64,000 bases of DNA, taken from assembly GCA_963663765.2 (NCBI GenBank), contig CAXXUA010000007.1, positions 64,001 to 128,000 on the forward strand. The letters run 5' to 3'. This document shows positions 51,223 to 61,211 of this stretch, in pieces. Numbering within the stretch: position 1 is the stretch's first letter; every line of letters starts with the position of its first letter. The notes below the pieces were generated by a model, which saw only the letters and a list, made by a program, of their open reading frames with translations, searched no databases and was not told the origin of the DNA. The position numbers and the translations under genes are program-made. Source of the DNA: Candidatus Poribacteria bacterium. Lineage in GTDB: Bacteria; Poribacteria; WGA-4E; WGA-3G.

Positions 51223-51331
51223 TTAATTCTCCTAAGTTACAAATGTGTTTACACCTTTTCTGGTTTGATTCTCGGAATTTTTGGTAAGTATTTTTTCACT
51301 GCGTAACACTTAAATATAGTGTTACCGCTTT

Positions 51332-51907
51332 TCATTCCAATAAAGTAACGCGGGTATACATATCCTGCAGTGGTAACCCGCATTCAATGGACTTGAACTT
51401 CAGGACATCTTCTGGTGCTTCAAATGTCTTTCCTGCCCACTGCGTTTCAACCAAACGATAGTGTTCAACGTGCATTCTATCTTGTGATACAAGGATATAT
51501 TCTTGTAAGGACATAAGTTCTTGATAATGTGCGAACTTTTCGCCTCTGTCAAACGCCTCGGTTGATGGCGAAAGCACTTCTACGATAAGGATGGGGTTCA
51601 AGAGGGTGTCGAAAACATTATCTTCAAAACGGGGTTTTTCGCACACAACAACGACATCTGGGTAGAAATAAGAACCTGTCAGCTTCGTTTTAACGCGCAT
51701 ATCGTTACTGTAAACTAAACAACCGCTTCCCCTTAATTGAATGTTTAGTTCAGTGGCTATATCTAAAGTAATGAGATTATGCGCATTACTCGCTCCGGAC
51801 ATTGCGAATATCTCACCGTAGATGTATTCGCTTTTATATTTTGCTCTGCGTTCTGCAGTGAGGTATTCCTCAGGTGAAATGTATTTTTTGGCTGCTACAG
51901 ATGACAT
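51332..51907 (-). CDS. Uma2-family (PD-(D/E)XK) endonuclease-like protein
   Basis: AMSGAS.AHN, YPDVVV, IVEVLSPSTE.FDRGEK. Confidence 0.88.
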   Translation of the reverse strand: MSSVAAKKYISPEEYLTAERRAKYKSEYIYGEIFAMSGASNAHNLITLDIATELNIQLRGSGCLVYSNDMRVKTKLTGSYFYPDVVVVCEKPRFEDNVFDTLLNPILIVEVLSPSTEAFDRGEKFAHYQELMSLQEYILVSQDRMHVEHYRLVETQWAGKTFEAPEDVLKFKSIECGLPLQDMYTRVTLLE

Positions 51908-52209
51908 GCTTTCCTCCATGTATGATGGTTATGTTTTTAATGCATTTTATCATAAAACATGTATAACATCAACTTTCGCGAATTGCAGAAGTGGGTAAAG
52001 TTTTTGGCATTAACCATGTATTTTCTTGTAGGAGGGGTTTTCAATCCCAATACACTTGTTTGAATCTTGAAACATTGGGTTTACAAAGTCCTGACACAAG
52101 AGAGAATCCAACCATTATTTTCATAAAATTTATGGCTATAGGTATCGCACGTTCAACCCGATCTATAAAGCTACAAATTCATTCGCATACGAGTATTATT
52201 TACAGAATT

Positions 52210-53994
52210 CTATTTATCAACAAATTCTTGTATTTTGTTCCAGATTTGATCTAATGTATTATCATTTTGAAATGTCTGAAATTCATTGATTCCATGTTTT
52301 AGTTTTTCTCCATTAGCATAAGTTTCGGATTCATCTAATTTTTTCTTTTCGGCATTTGGTAAAAGTCTTATCTCTTTCTCGTTTCGCTCAATGAATTTTA
52401 ATTCCTCAAAAATTGTGATTCCTGTCTCAAATCCTTCTATTGGTAAATTCAATTCATCATTAACTTTATCAAGATTCACTAAAATGTTTTCTGACCCTGT
52501 ACTGTTCTTCAATCCTTTGTATAGTTTAGTTAATTTTTCGTAATTTAAATACTTTTTGCCAAGTTCACTTATAATCTCTTGAAAATCTTGCGTTTTGTCA
52601 TAGATTAAATGGAGAAACGCTGGTTTAGCGGATGCAAAAGCAGGTTGACATCGTTGATAGAAATCATCTATACCCACAACCGGGTGACAAAAAGCAAAAT
52701 GTCCTATACAGTGATCTTTCGTAAAATTAGTGAATATTGTATCAGTTACAATAGCACTTAAGTCTCCATTTTCAAGTTTCTTCAACATATCTTTCGTCTC
52801 CGATTTGGAGGTATGTTCATTATGTGTTCCAATTGATTTGGCTTTCTCATTCCCAACAAGATTTAAGAACTGTTTGATTTTTGCTTGATTGAAAACATAG
52901 ATAAGTGAGGGTTGTTTTAATTCCAATAGTTTTAGCAGATAGTTCTTTTTATCTATGTTTCGTCTATCCAGTAGACGCACTGATGAAATCGTTTCAACAT
53001 CAGGATAGTAATTATTTACTGTTGAGTTAGCAATTGTTGTTACAGCAAACAGATTGCTAAAATCTGAAAGTTTATCCTGAGTTTCTTTCTTTTCTATATT
53101 CTCTTTTTTTAGTTCGTTTCTTGTGGATGCAAGTTGTTTCTTCTGTTCTTTTATCTCTTTTTCTTTATCTTTGAACTGTTTTTGTAGGGTGGTAAGTTCT
53201 TCTTCTAAATCGTATTTCGTCTCTTTTTCTTGATTAAGATGTTTTCTGGTAATCGTCAAATCCTTATCACACTCACTCCATAAATCTGTAATTTCTTTCA
53301 ATTCTTTAGTTTTCTCAGCGAGTTGCTCATCAAGTTTTTCTTTTTCCTCTTGCGTTTTAGTGATATGCTCTTTTGTTTTAGTAAGTTTATGTTGATCCGC
53401 TTGTTGCTGACGCTGTAATTCTTTCAGTTGTTCTTCTAATTCGTTATGATGTCTTTTGTATTCTTTCTTCTCAATAGTTTCTTTTTCCAATTGTTCAGTA
53501 ACAGCTGCAATCTCCTTTTCTGATACATCAGACATAAATTTATTTTTTATTCTATCAATCTCCTTTTGTTTATCTTGTCTATTGACTTTTTCAAGTACAC
53601 TTGAGATTAAATATAGATGTGTACGTGCGAATTCGTGGTCTAAATCCTTTGTTGATCTGTGTTCACTACTGTTACGTCCATTTCTAATTAACCATAACAT
53701 ACTCTGCACTACCAAATCCCATCCAAATTTCGCACCAAAGGCTATGTTCCAATTCCATTTTATAATTTGAGGGATATGATTGAAATCTATAGCAGATTCA
53801 ACGTCATTATGTTCATCTACCATCTGACGAAAAATATCTAATTGTTCATCTTTCAAAGATTCTTGAATTAAATCTTCAACTTTTTCTCCTTTGACTTGTT
53901 TTAACTGATGATATATGAAGGAACGCATGACATCAAGATAAATATCATTTGCATCACGAATAGCATCTCGATTTGGATAGTTATTTGATTTCAT
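52210..53994 (-). CDS. Swt1-like HEPN domain, coiled coil and RecJ C-terminal-like domain fusion
   Basis: RNSSEH (R-X4-H) near residue 107; long K/E heptads; LDRRN...TIFEELKFI...KKKLDESETY tail. Confidence 0.6.
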   Translation of the reverse strand: MKSNNYPNRDAIRDANDIYLDVMRSFIYHQLKQVKGEKVEDLIQESLKDEQLDIFRQMVDEHNDVESAIDFNHIPQIIKWNWNIAFGAKFGWDLVVQSMLWLIRNGRNSSEHRSTKDLDHEFARTHLYLISSVLEKVNRQDKQKEIDRIKNKFMSDVSEKEIAAVTEQLEKETIEKKEYKRHHNELEEQLKELQRQQQADQHKLTKTKEHITKTQEEKEKLDEQLAEKTKELKEITDLWSECDKDLTITRKHLNQEKETKYDLEEELTTLQKQFKDKEKEIKEQKKQLASTRNELKKENIEKKETQDKLSDFSNLFAVTTIANSTVNNYYPDVETISSVRLLDRRNIDKKNYLLKLLELKQPSLIYVFNQAKIKQFLNLVGNEKAKSIGTHNEHTSKSETKDMLKKLENGDLSAIVTDTIFTNFTKDHCIGHFAFCHPVVGIDDFYQRCQPAFASAKPAFLHLIYDKTQDFQEIISELGKKYLNYEKLTKLYKGLKNSTGSENILVNLDKVNDELNLPIEGFETGITIFEELKFIERNEKEIRLLPNAEKKKLDESETYANGEKLKHGINEFQTFQNDNTLDQIWNKIQEFVDK

Positions 53995-54077
53995 AGTTCT
54001 CTCACAAAGTTGTATCTTTCATTTACGTTTCTTTTGTAAATCAATCAAGGTAAGGGAATACATGATAATCGAACTTT

Positions 54078-55241
54078 CTATTCTCTAATCAAAACATACA
54101 CTTGAATGTGTTCCCATTTTCGTTTTGAGCGATGCGTTGCGACACGTCTCTTAAATATGTCATTACAGATAAAACCAGATTCATCAATAATAGACTCCAG
54201 GCTTGCAATGGCTTTTGGACCTGAAGCATCTGCATATCCCAATAGAATGATTCCATTTGGATTCAAAAAGTTTTTCACATTTTCAAAGAAGCGTGTCAAT
54301 GTCTGTTGTCTTTCATCATGGATAGCCAGTTCTGCTCTGTTTCGGACACGCGCAACAACCCAAGGCGCATTGAAAATGATTAAATCATAAGTGTGTGAAG
54401 AAAACGGATCAAACAGATCACCCGGTGGCATTACATGGATATTGCTTGCATTTGGAATTATCCGTTGTATGTTCATCCTTGTAGATGCGGTTGCTTCTGG
54501 TAGTATATCAGATGTGTAAACCTCTGCATTTTCTCCAAATTCTTGTTGTGCAAGTAATGTTAAACATCCGCTTCCACAACCAACATCTGCAATCATAGTT
54601 TTTTGGTCAACGAATTCTTTCCGCACACCTTGTAATGCTTCTTGAAAACATTCAGTTGTTTCCTGAGAACGTGGGGCAAGTACATTTTCTGATGCAACAA
54701 GGGAATTACCTAATGCATTGATTGGATAGGTTTTTTCAAGAGAACTTTGTATCCGTTGTAAAGTAACAAGAGGAACAAGAAACGGACAATCTTCGTTTGC
54801 ATTTGGGTTTTCACCAATCAGTTCTAATAGATATGGTATGTCTGGATTAGGGTTAACTTGTAAGATTCCATCCTTATTTACCCAACACATCAACTTTAAG
54901 AGTGCTGCTTCCCGTGCTTGCTTGTGATTGTTCCGTTGTGTGTACGACCTGCTTTTTTTATTACGCGAGGTATTTGATGGAGTCAATTCCGATTTATGTT
55001 TCTGAATATATTCATTCATGGTGAGAATTTGTGACCATTTGCCTTGAACAATAGCAACCCCACCTCGCTGAATGTGTGTAAAAATACGTCCGAGATGTTC
55101 TAATTCTTGATCTACAAATAACTTTACACTCCCTCGTGCAAAGACTGCTTCACGATATTCAGCAGGTACATAGACTTCTCCGATAGGATTGACGGAATAA
55201 AACGCATCAATCTCAGTGTTGGGTTTATTGAACTGCAACAA
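54078..55241 (-). CDS. Class I SAM-dependent methyltransferase
   Basis: DVGCGSG, GDLF, FNAPW. Confidence 0.8.
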   Translation of the reverse strand: MLQFNKPNTEIDAFYSVNPIGEVYVPAEYREAVFARGSVKLFVDQELEHLGRIFTHIQRGGVAIVQGKWSQILTMNEYIQKHKSELTPSNTSRNKKSRSYTQRNNHKQAREAALLKLMCWVNKDGILQVNPNPDIPYLLELIGENPNANEDCPFLVPLVTLQRIQSSLEKTYPINALGNSLVASENVLAPRSQETTECFQEALQGVRKEFVDQKTMIADVGCGSGCLTLLAQQEFGENAEVYTSDILPEATASTRMNIQRIIPNASNIHVMPPGDLFDPFSSHTYDLIIFNAPWVVARVRNRAELAIHDERQQTLTRFFENVKNFLNPNGIILLGYADASGPKAIASLESIIDESGFICNDIFKRRVATHRSKRKWEHIQVYVLIRE

Positions 55242-56274
55242 TTTCTCCAGTTTTTACAGATTCCGCTTCTTTATAGCAAAGTAGGAGTGCGTCTCTTGCA
55301 CCGACACCTGACAAAGCCGTGGGTTCTTCCTCCCAATCAATAGCATCAACAGCATATTGTATTTCAGCGGTAAATGCGTCAATAGGGTCAACTTCTCCCA
55401 AATCTACTTGTTCAACGGTGCCATCTTCAGTAATGCATGTGAGGGGTACTGCGGTGGTAGGTTCACCAGCAAGCGTGGAGAAATCAAACAGTAGTGTAGC
55501 TTTTTCAAGATACATTTCAAACCCGTGTGAAAAAGCTCTCCCTTTTTGAGAAATAGCACCAGACGAACAACTCACCGTAAGTTCTTTATCGTTGTAAATA
55601 TATTGTGTGGTCAAATAATCAATGAAATTACCACCAACTAACTTACCCTGCGAAAAGACAGCATCGGGAACGCCGCATAGCAGTTGAATAAAATGTGTGT
55701 CATGAATATGCAAATCTATACCTGGTCCACCACTCTTTTCTATATCTGCAATATCACGTGACCAACTGGGTTTAGCAATCACTCTCTTAAAATGTGCGCC
55801 TAAGAGTTCACCATATTTACCAGATTCTACAAGTTGCTTTGCATAAGCGTATTCAGCAAAAAAAGGTAAAACATGTGCTACCATAAACTCTTTGTCTGTT
55901 TGGTCAGCAATATCAACAATTTCGTTTGCATCGTCAATATCAATAGAGATCGGTTTTTCAACGAGTGTGTGTTTTCCTGCCTTTAAAGATGCAATGCTGA
56001 CGGATTTGTGCAAATGTGTCGGTAAACATATATCAACAAGATCAATATTATCATCAGCGAGTAGATCCTCAATCTCGCTATATTTGTTGATGTTTGATAG
56101 GTCTTCCATACTACCGCGAGGTCCGAAATTGCCTTGTATTTCTGTCCAATCGCCTTCCAATTTCTTCGGGTTACGAGTACAGATTGCAGTCACTTCCGCA
56201 CCTGTTCCTCGTTGGATTCCATAGTAGTGTATCATACCCATGAATCCAATACCGATTATACCAATATTTATCAT
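55225..56274 (-). CDS. Gfo/Idh/MocA-family oxidoreductase
   Basis: IGIIGIGFMG, LVEKP, DLHIHD. Confidence 0.9.
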   Translation of the reverse strand: MINIGIIGIGFMGMIHYYGIQRGTGAEVTAICTRNPKKLEGDWTEIQGNFGPRGSMEDLSNINKYSEIEDLLADDNIDLVDICLPTHLHKSVSIASLKAGKHTLVEKPISIDIDDANEIVDIADQTDKEFMVAHVLPFFAEYAYAKQLVESGKYGELLGAHFKRVIAKPSWSRDIADIEKSGGPGIDLHIHDTHFIQLLCGVPDAVFSQGKLVGGNFIDYLTTQYIYNDKELTVSCSSGAISQKGRAFSHGFEMYLEKATLLFDFSTLAGEPTTAVPLTCITEDGTVEQVDLGEVDPIDAFTAEIQYAVDAIDWEEEPTALSGVGARDALLLCYKEAESVKTGEIVAVQ

Positions 56275-56367
56275 ATTTACAAATCCTTATTTATTACGTA
56301 AGAATGCACAAATGCCTAACTAACGTAGACCGACATTTGTGCAGGTTAAAAACTATGATGACTTATA

Positions 56368-57156
56368 CTAATATTCAGCAAATTTTTGTTTGATCTCACC
56401 CCAAGTAGTTGCTGCTTTATTTTTTGGTGTAACTTCAAGGAGTCCACCATTCATAACTTCTTTGATTTCAGCTTCAGTGAGTGCACGACTCCAAATAGCA
56501 GCATCGTCAATTACACCGTTGTCGAAGGTATATTGTGACCTGTCTTTAGCGCAACCGATTCGTAGGTCTTGGTCATTTGTTCCAGTAAAATTGAATGCCT
56601 CGGCATGCTCAAGTGCGAATTCACCATCAATATATACTTTCATTGCGTTGCCATCGTAAGTGCCAACGACGTGATGCCACGTTTTCTCTGTCAGCGTATG
56701 TGGTTTATCTAAACGTGGTCGTGCACTACCTGTGCCTAAGAGCATATGTATGTTCTTACCATTCTCAAAAACACCAATACCGTAAGAAGTTTTCTCACCA
56801 CCATTATGGCAGTTCTTATCAAACCACTGTCCATCGGTAGACCATGAATCTTGGTAAATCCATGCTGCCATGGTAATCTCGTCGCTGATTTTTAGTTTCT
56901 CATCGGCAGGAACGTTCACGCAATCTGTACCTTCAGCGGTGATTCTGACTCCTTTGCCATTCTTACCAGTTACAATCAGAGCATTTGCTACGATATTTGC
57001 ATTTAGTCCATTAGGTGAACTATCATGAATTGTGTTACCGCTAACATTGTCAAAGGTGTAGTACAGGACCAGATCGTCTTCAAGTGCCCCCATTACGTAA
57101 CCAACAGTCAAAAAAATTAACATAACCAAGAAAGGATAAAAAATTGCGAATTTCAT
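56368..57156 (-). CDS. Secreted LamG-like jellyroll protein
   Basis: Signal peptide, LVLYYTFD, WHHVVGTYDG, IDDAAIWSRAL, KAATTWGEIK tail; AGGAGG RBS. Confidence 0.88.
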   Translation of the reverse strand: MKFAIFYPFLVMLIFLTVGYVMGALEDDLVLYYTFDNVSGNTIHDSSPNGLNANIVANALIVTGKNGKGVRITAEGTDCVNVPADEKLKISDEITMAAWIYQDSWSTDGQWFDKNCHNGGEKTSYGIGVFENGKNIHMLLGTGSARPRLDKPHTLTEKTWHHVVGTYDGNAMKVYIDGEFALEHAEAFNFTGTNDQDLRIGCAKDRSQYTFDNGVIDDAAIWSRALTEAEIKEVMNGGLLEVTPKNKAATTWGEIKQKFAEY

Positions 57157-57348
57157 CGGAATTGTCCTCCTAATATAAGTACAACTGATTTTCATAATAT
57201 TGTTCAAACTACTGACAATCAACATAAAGAATGAAATCCGTTAGGGAACCTAATTCTGTTCTCTGTTTATGCGATAATCTCATAGGGCACCATCATATCA
57301 TATCTACCATTTTTTTTCAATAATTTACTCTAATTGCACAGGGTTATA

Positions 57349-58489
57349 CCATTTCCAATAGATTTATTCTCATTATTATTGTATAATATTTGACAAATTT
57401 TATTTAGAGAAAGGTAGTTTTCTATGAACAAAAAAGTTCCTGATATTACAGAAAGTGTTAAAGAACTAAAATCCCTCATGAGCACCGCTAAGGATACGAC
57501 TGAAAAAGACAAAATTCGTATGCTCTATCTACTAAAAAGCGGTGAAGCGAAAAATCGTATAGGTGTAGCCGCTTTGCTCGGTATGTGCCGAGAAACGATT
57601 GGCCAATGGTTATCCAAGTATGAAGCAAGGGGACTTGAGCAGTTGTTAGAACGCCGTTATGCTCCGGGACGCAAACCCTTTATGACACCCGATCAACTTG
57701 AGACACTCCGAGAAAAATTGAACGAACCAGAAGGTTTTAGCAGTTATGTTGAGATCCACCGATATGTCATTGAGACGTTTGGAGTTGAGATAAGTTATCA
57801 GGCGATTTATGCACTGGTGCATGATAGATGGCATGCGAAACTCAAAGTGCCACGCAAAAGTCATATAAAAAAAACGCCGATGCAGCAGATGAGTTCGTAA
57901 AGAACTTTTCATCAGAAGTATTCTCTGCTATTTCAGAAAAGCGTTCCACTGGTCAGCGTGTTCGCCTTTTCTGTGAAGATGAAACCAGATATGGCACTTT
58001 ATCGGACACTCATAGACGGATTACCGCACGGGGTGTCAAACCTGTTGCCAAAATAGATTATACTTATGAGGCAGTTTATCTATATGGAGCTGTTGAACCC
58101 CTTACGGGCAAAGGGTGTTTTCTTGAACTCCCTTATCTGAATGCAGCCTGTTTCCAGATCTTTATAGACCATCTCAGTGAGACTTTTCCCGATACCCTAA
58201 ATGTGGTGATCCTTGATAATGGTCGGTTCCATCACGCAAAAGCGTTGAAAGTGCCTGAAAACGTTGTCCTACACTTTCTACCTCCTTATTGTCCGGAATT
58301 GAACCCGATTGAGCGTCTGTGGCAAGATATCAAAGCAAAGTTATTTAGCAAAACATATCAAACCTTGAAACACATGCAAGAAAGCATCACACACATACTA
58401 TCTGATTATTCTAACGATGTCATCGCAAAAATCACAGGGTTCTCGTATTTTATAAAAACTGCTAATGAGATATAATCAATTAGAATTGG
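57349..58489 (+). mobile_element. IS630-family insertion sequence inserted in the left end of a family D MITE
   Basis: Imperfect TIR ccatttccaatagatt / aatcaattagaattgg; TA on both sides. Confidence 0.8.
57424..58475 (+). CDS. IS630 transposase in two ORFs, probably joined by a -1 frameshift at the A8 run 57867-57874
   Basis: HTH orfA; orfB has CEDETRYG, ILDNGRFH and LPPYCPELNPIE. Confidence 0.88.
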
Positions 58490-59165
58490 TATTATTTATA
58501 TTTAAGCATTTTAGTTGTTTCCTGAGAAAATCGCGACCAGGAGGTCGCTCCTACCGCGGGGTTTCTTTTTTGAAAAATCCAAAAGTCAGGAAAACTGAAT
58601 AACCTGATAAATGTTACAGAGACATTCAATTGTCAAAATGTACTTTTGTAGGAGATGTATTCAACCTTGATTTTCGCTTCTTTTGTAGGTAGATAATTCC
58701 TCAAGTTGTGAACTTTGTTACTATCGTGGAAATTTTTAGTTGTTTTTTTTGTGATTTTCGCATTTTTTTCATAAGTGTTTTCGATCGTGTCGTAGTATGG
58801 GTTTATGTCGGTTTTGTGAATTTACGAAATTTTGAAAAAACAACTAAATGGATTTTTTATCGTTTTTTTGCTGTGTATTTTGTTTTGAATTTGTTAGTTG
58901 CTTTTGTGTTTTTTGATTTTTCTGTCTGTCATTTTGATGCACCTTGTTTGTAAAACCAAAAGTTTGGAATTCATTTGTGCCTACGGGAAATATTATACCA
59001 TACGGTTGTGTAAATGTGTTGCAATCATGTTTTTAGATCAATAGATAGCATGTATAATCTATTGGGATTCTATTGTTAGCATGTCCTCTTTTATGTGTGA
59101 ATCAACACCTAATGAAATTCATATATCTATAATCAAAATCACGTTTTCATTGACTAATTTCTTAT

Positions 59166-61190
59166 TTACTTTATTGCATTTGCAGTAATTTTGTCCCAAT
59201 CCCAAAGCAGAATAGTACCATCAGCACTCCCACTGGCAAGTAGTTTCCCATCGTGTGAGATTGCTAAAGCATGAATCCACTGCTTATGACCATTAAGAGA
59301 GTTTATCTTTTTGCCATCTTCTACATTCCATATTTGGATTGGATATTCCAACCACGAGGTAGTTGCTTCAAGAAGATACTTACCGTCTGGTGAGAACAGA
59401 ATTACATTTTGATAATACAGATGATTTTGCGTGTGGAATTTGACTGTTTTCAGTTGTTTTATTTCAGTTTCCATTACACTCCAGAGCTCAATTCCGTCTG
59501 TATGATACAGTGCTAACTGTTTACTATCAGGAGAAAAAGCTAATGCATTTGCATTATCCATTTGTGGAGGTGAAATCTCCTTCAGAGTGTCGGTATACCA
59601 TATCCGTGTACTCACGCGTTTCCCATAAGTAGCGATTAACTTACCGTTAGGTGAGAATACTACTTTTCTATCAAAAGCCTTATCTACTTCTATACTATGT
59701 AGAAGATCACCAGAGTTGACATCAAAGAAAACTATTAGACTTTCACGAAGACCAAATGCAGCTAACTTGTTGTCAGGAGAAAATGCTATATCTATGGCAT
59801 CGCCTTTAAAGGTCGTGAGTTCATCCCCTGTCGGCATCATCCAAAATTGCGTTTTACCATAATTCATCCAAGATGTCATAGTTGCTTTTCCTTCTGAATT
59901 GACTTTTGTCTCTATTCCATTACTTGCAAAAAGTGTCGCATCGGAGGAAAATCCAATAACTGTTGTTGTGTCTTGATGTGGAAAGGAAGGTGAAGGAAAC
60001 TCTTTCCCAGTATTGACATCCCAAATTTGCACTGTACCATTAGATGCACCACTACATAGCATTGCATTGTCTGCTGTGAATGCTAATGCTTTGACAGATG
60101 AAGTGTGACCGGTTGAAATGATAGCAAGTTCTTTTCCAGTGGTTGAATTCCACATACGGACAGTCCCATCAGAACTACCACTTACCAGTAGTTCTTTATC
60201 AACTGGTGAAAACGTTATAGCTTTAATATTGTCCTTGTGTCCGATTAGTTTGGATTGTTGTTTTCTTTTTTTAACATCCCACACGATGATTGTCTCATCA
60301 GTGCTACAACTGGCTAATCTTGTGTTGTCTGATGAAAAGCTGAGTTTGTTAATCACTTCAGTATGTCCTTTAAAGCCTACAAGTTCTGATTCAGTTTCAG
60401 TATCCCATATTTTTACCGAGTTATCATCGTGTGCACTTCCAACAATTAATCCATTGGGTGAGATAGCTAATTCTTGAACACCCAGTTTTTCTTTCTTTTC
60501 CTTTTTAGGTGGATTTCTCCCAAGTATCCTTGAGACAAACTCATTAATAGACGGGTTGGGTTTCAACTTATAATTTTCACTAAAACCTGTTGTCTTAGCA
60601 TCCCATAAACGTATTAAGCATTCTGCTTGATCACTGCAGACAATTGTTTTACCATCATCTGATAATGCAGTCTCTGGGTCCGTTTCATGAAATTTCGTCT
60701 TTGATATGACTTTTCCTGAGTTCATATCCCATTCAATTATAAATTCGTTGTAATCAATACTAACTAAAGTCTCGTCGTTATCAATAAAAGTTAATTCTGT
60801 AACATCAAAATATTTGTGGGGTAATGTGAAGGAGTTAACATTCGTACTGGTTTCCAAATCCCATATCTGAATGATAGAATTTGCCCTTCCACCGCATGCA
60901 AGAGTTTTCCCATCTGATGAGAACGCCAGAGATCTGATGGGTTGATGTGGAATTGAAATAAGCAGTTTTTCTTTATTATCAACTATCGGATATAACCACA
61001 CACCAATTTCTGTAGCTACAGCAATTTGTTTTCCATCTGGAGAAAACTGAATAGCGTTAATTTCTCCCTTACCCAACCGCGCAATTGCACCTTCAGGTAA
61101 TCCTGCCTGAGTGTTGTCTTGTCCGAAACAAACTGACTGCAATACAACAACAAGCAAAAAAGCAAAAATGAGTTTATATTTTGTTTTCAT
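59166..61190 (-). CDS. Secreted WD40-repeat protein
   Basis: Signal peptide, LPEGAIARLGKG, many GH/WD repeats. Confidence 0.9.
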   Translation of the reverse strand: MKTKYKLIFAFLLVVVLQSVCFGQDNTQAGLPEGAIARLGKGEINAIQFSPDGKQIAVATEIGVWLYPIVDNKEKLLISIPHQPIRSLAFSSDGKTLACGGRANSIIQIWDLETSTNVNSFTLPHKYFDVTELTFIDNDETLVSIDYNEFIIEWDMNSGKVISKTKFHETDPETALSDDGKTIVCSDQAECLIRLWDAKTTGFSENYKLKPNPSINEFVSRILGRNPPKKEKKEKLGVQELAISPNGLIVGSAHDDNSVKIWDTETESELVGFKGHTEVINKLSFSSDNTRLASCSTDETIIVWDVKKRKQQSKLIGHKDNIKAITFSPVDKELLVSGSSDGTVRMWNSTTGKELAIISTGHTSSVKALAFTADNAMLCSGASNGTVQIWDVNTGKEFPSPSFPHQDTTTVIGFSSDATLFASNGIETKVNSEGKATMTSWMNYGKTQFWMMPTGDELTTFKGDAIDIAFSPDNKLAAFGLRESLIVFFDVNSGDLLHSIEVDKAFDRKVVFSPNGKLIATYGKRVSTRIWYTDTLKEISPPQMDNANALAFSPDSKQLALYHTDGIELWSVMETEIKQLKTVKFHTQNHLYYQNVILFSPDGKYLLEATTSWLEYPIQIWNVEDGKKINSLNGHKQWIHALAISHDGKLLASGSADGTILLWDWDKITANAIK

Positions 61191-61211
61191 AGTTACTTCC
61201 TATCGATAATG

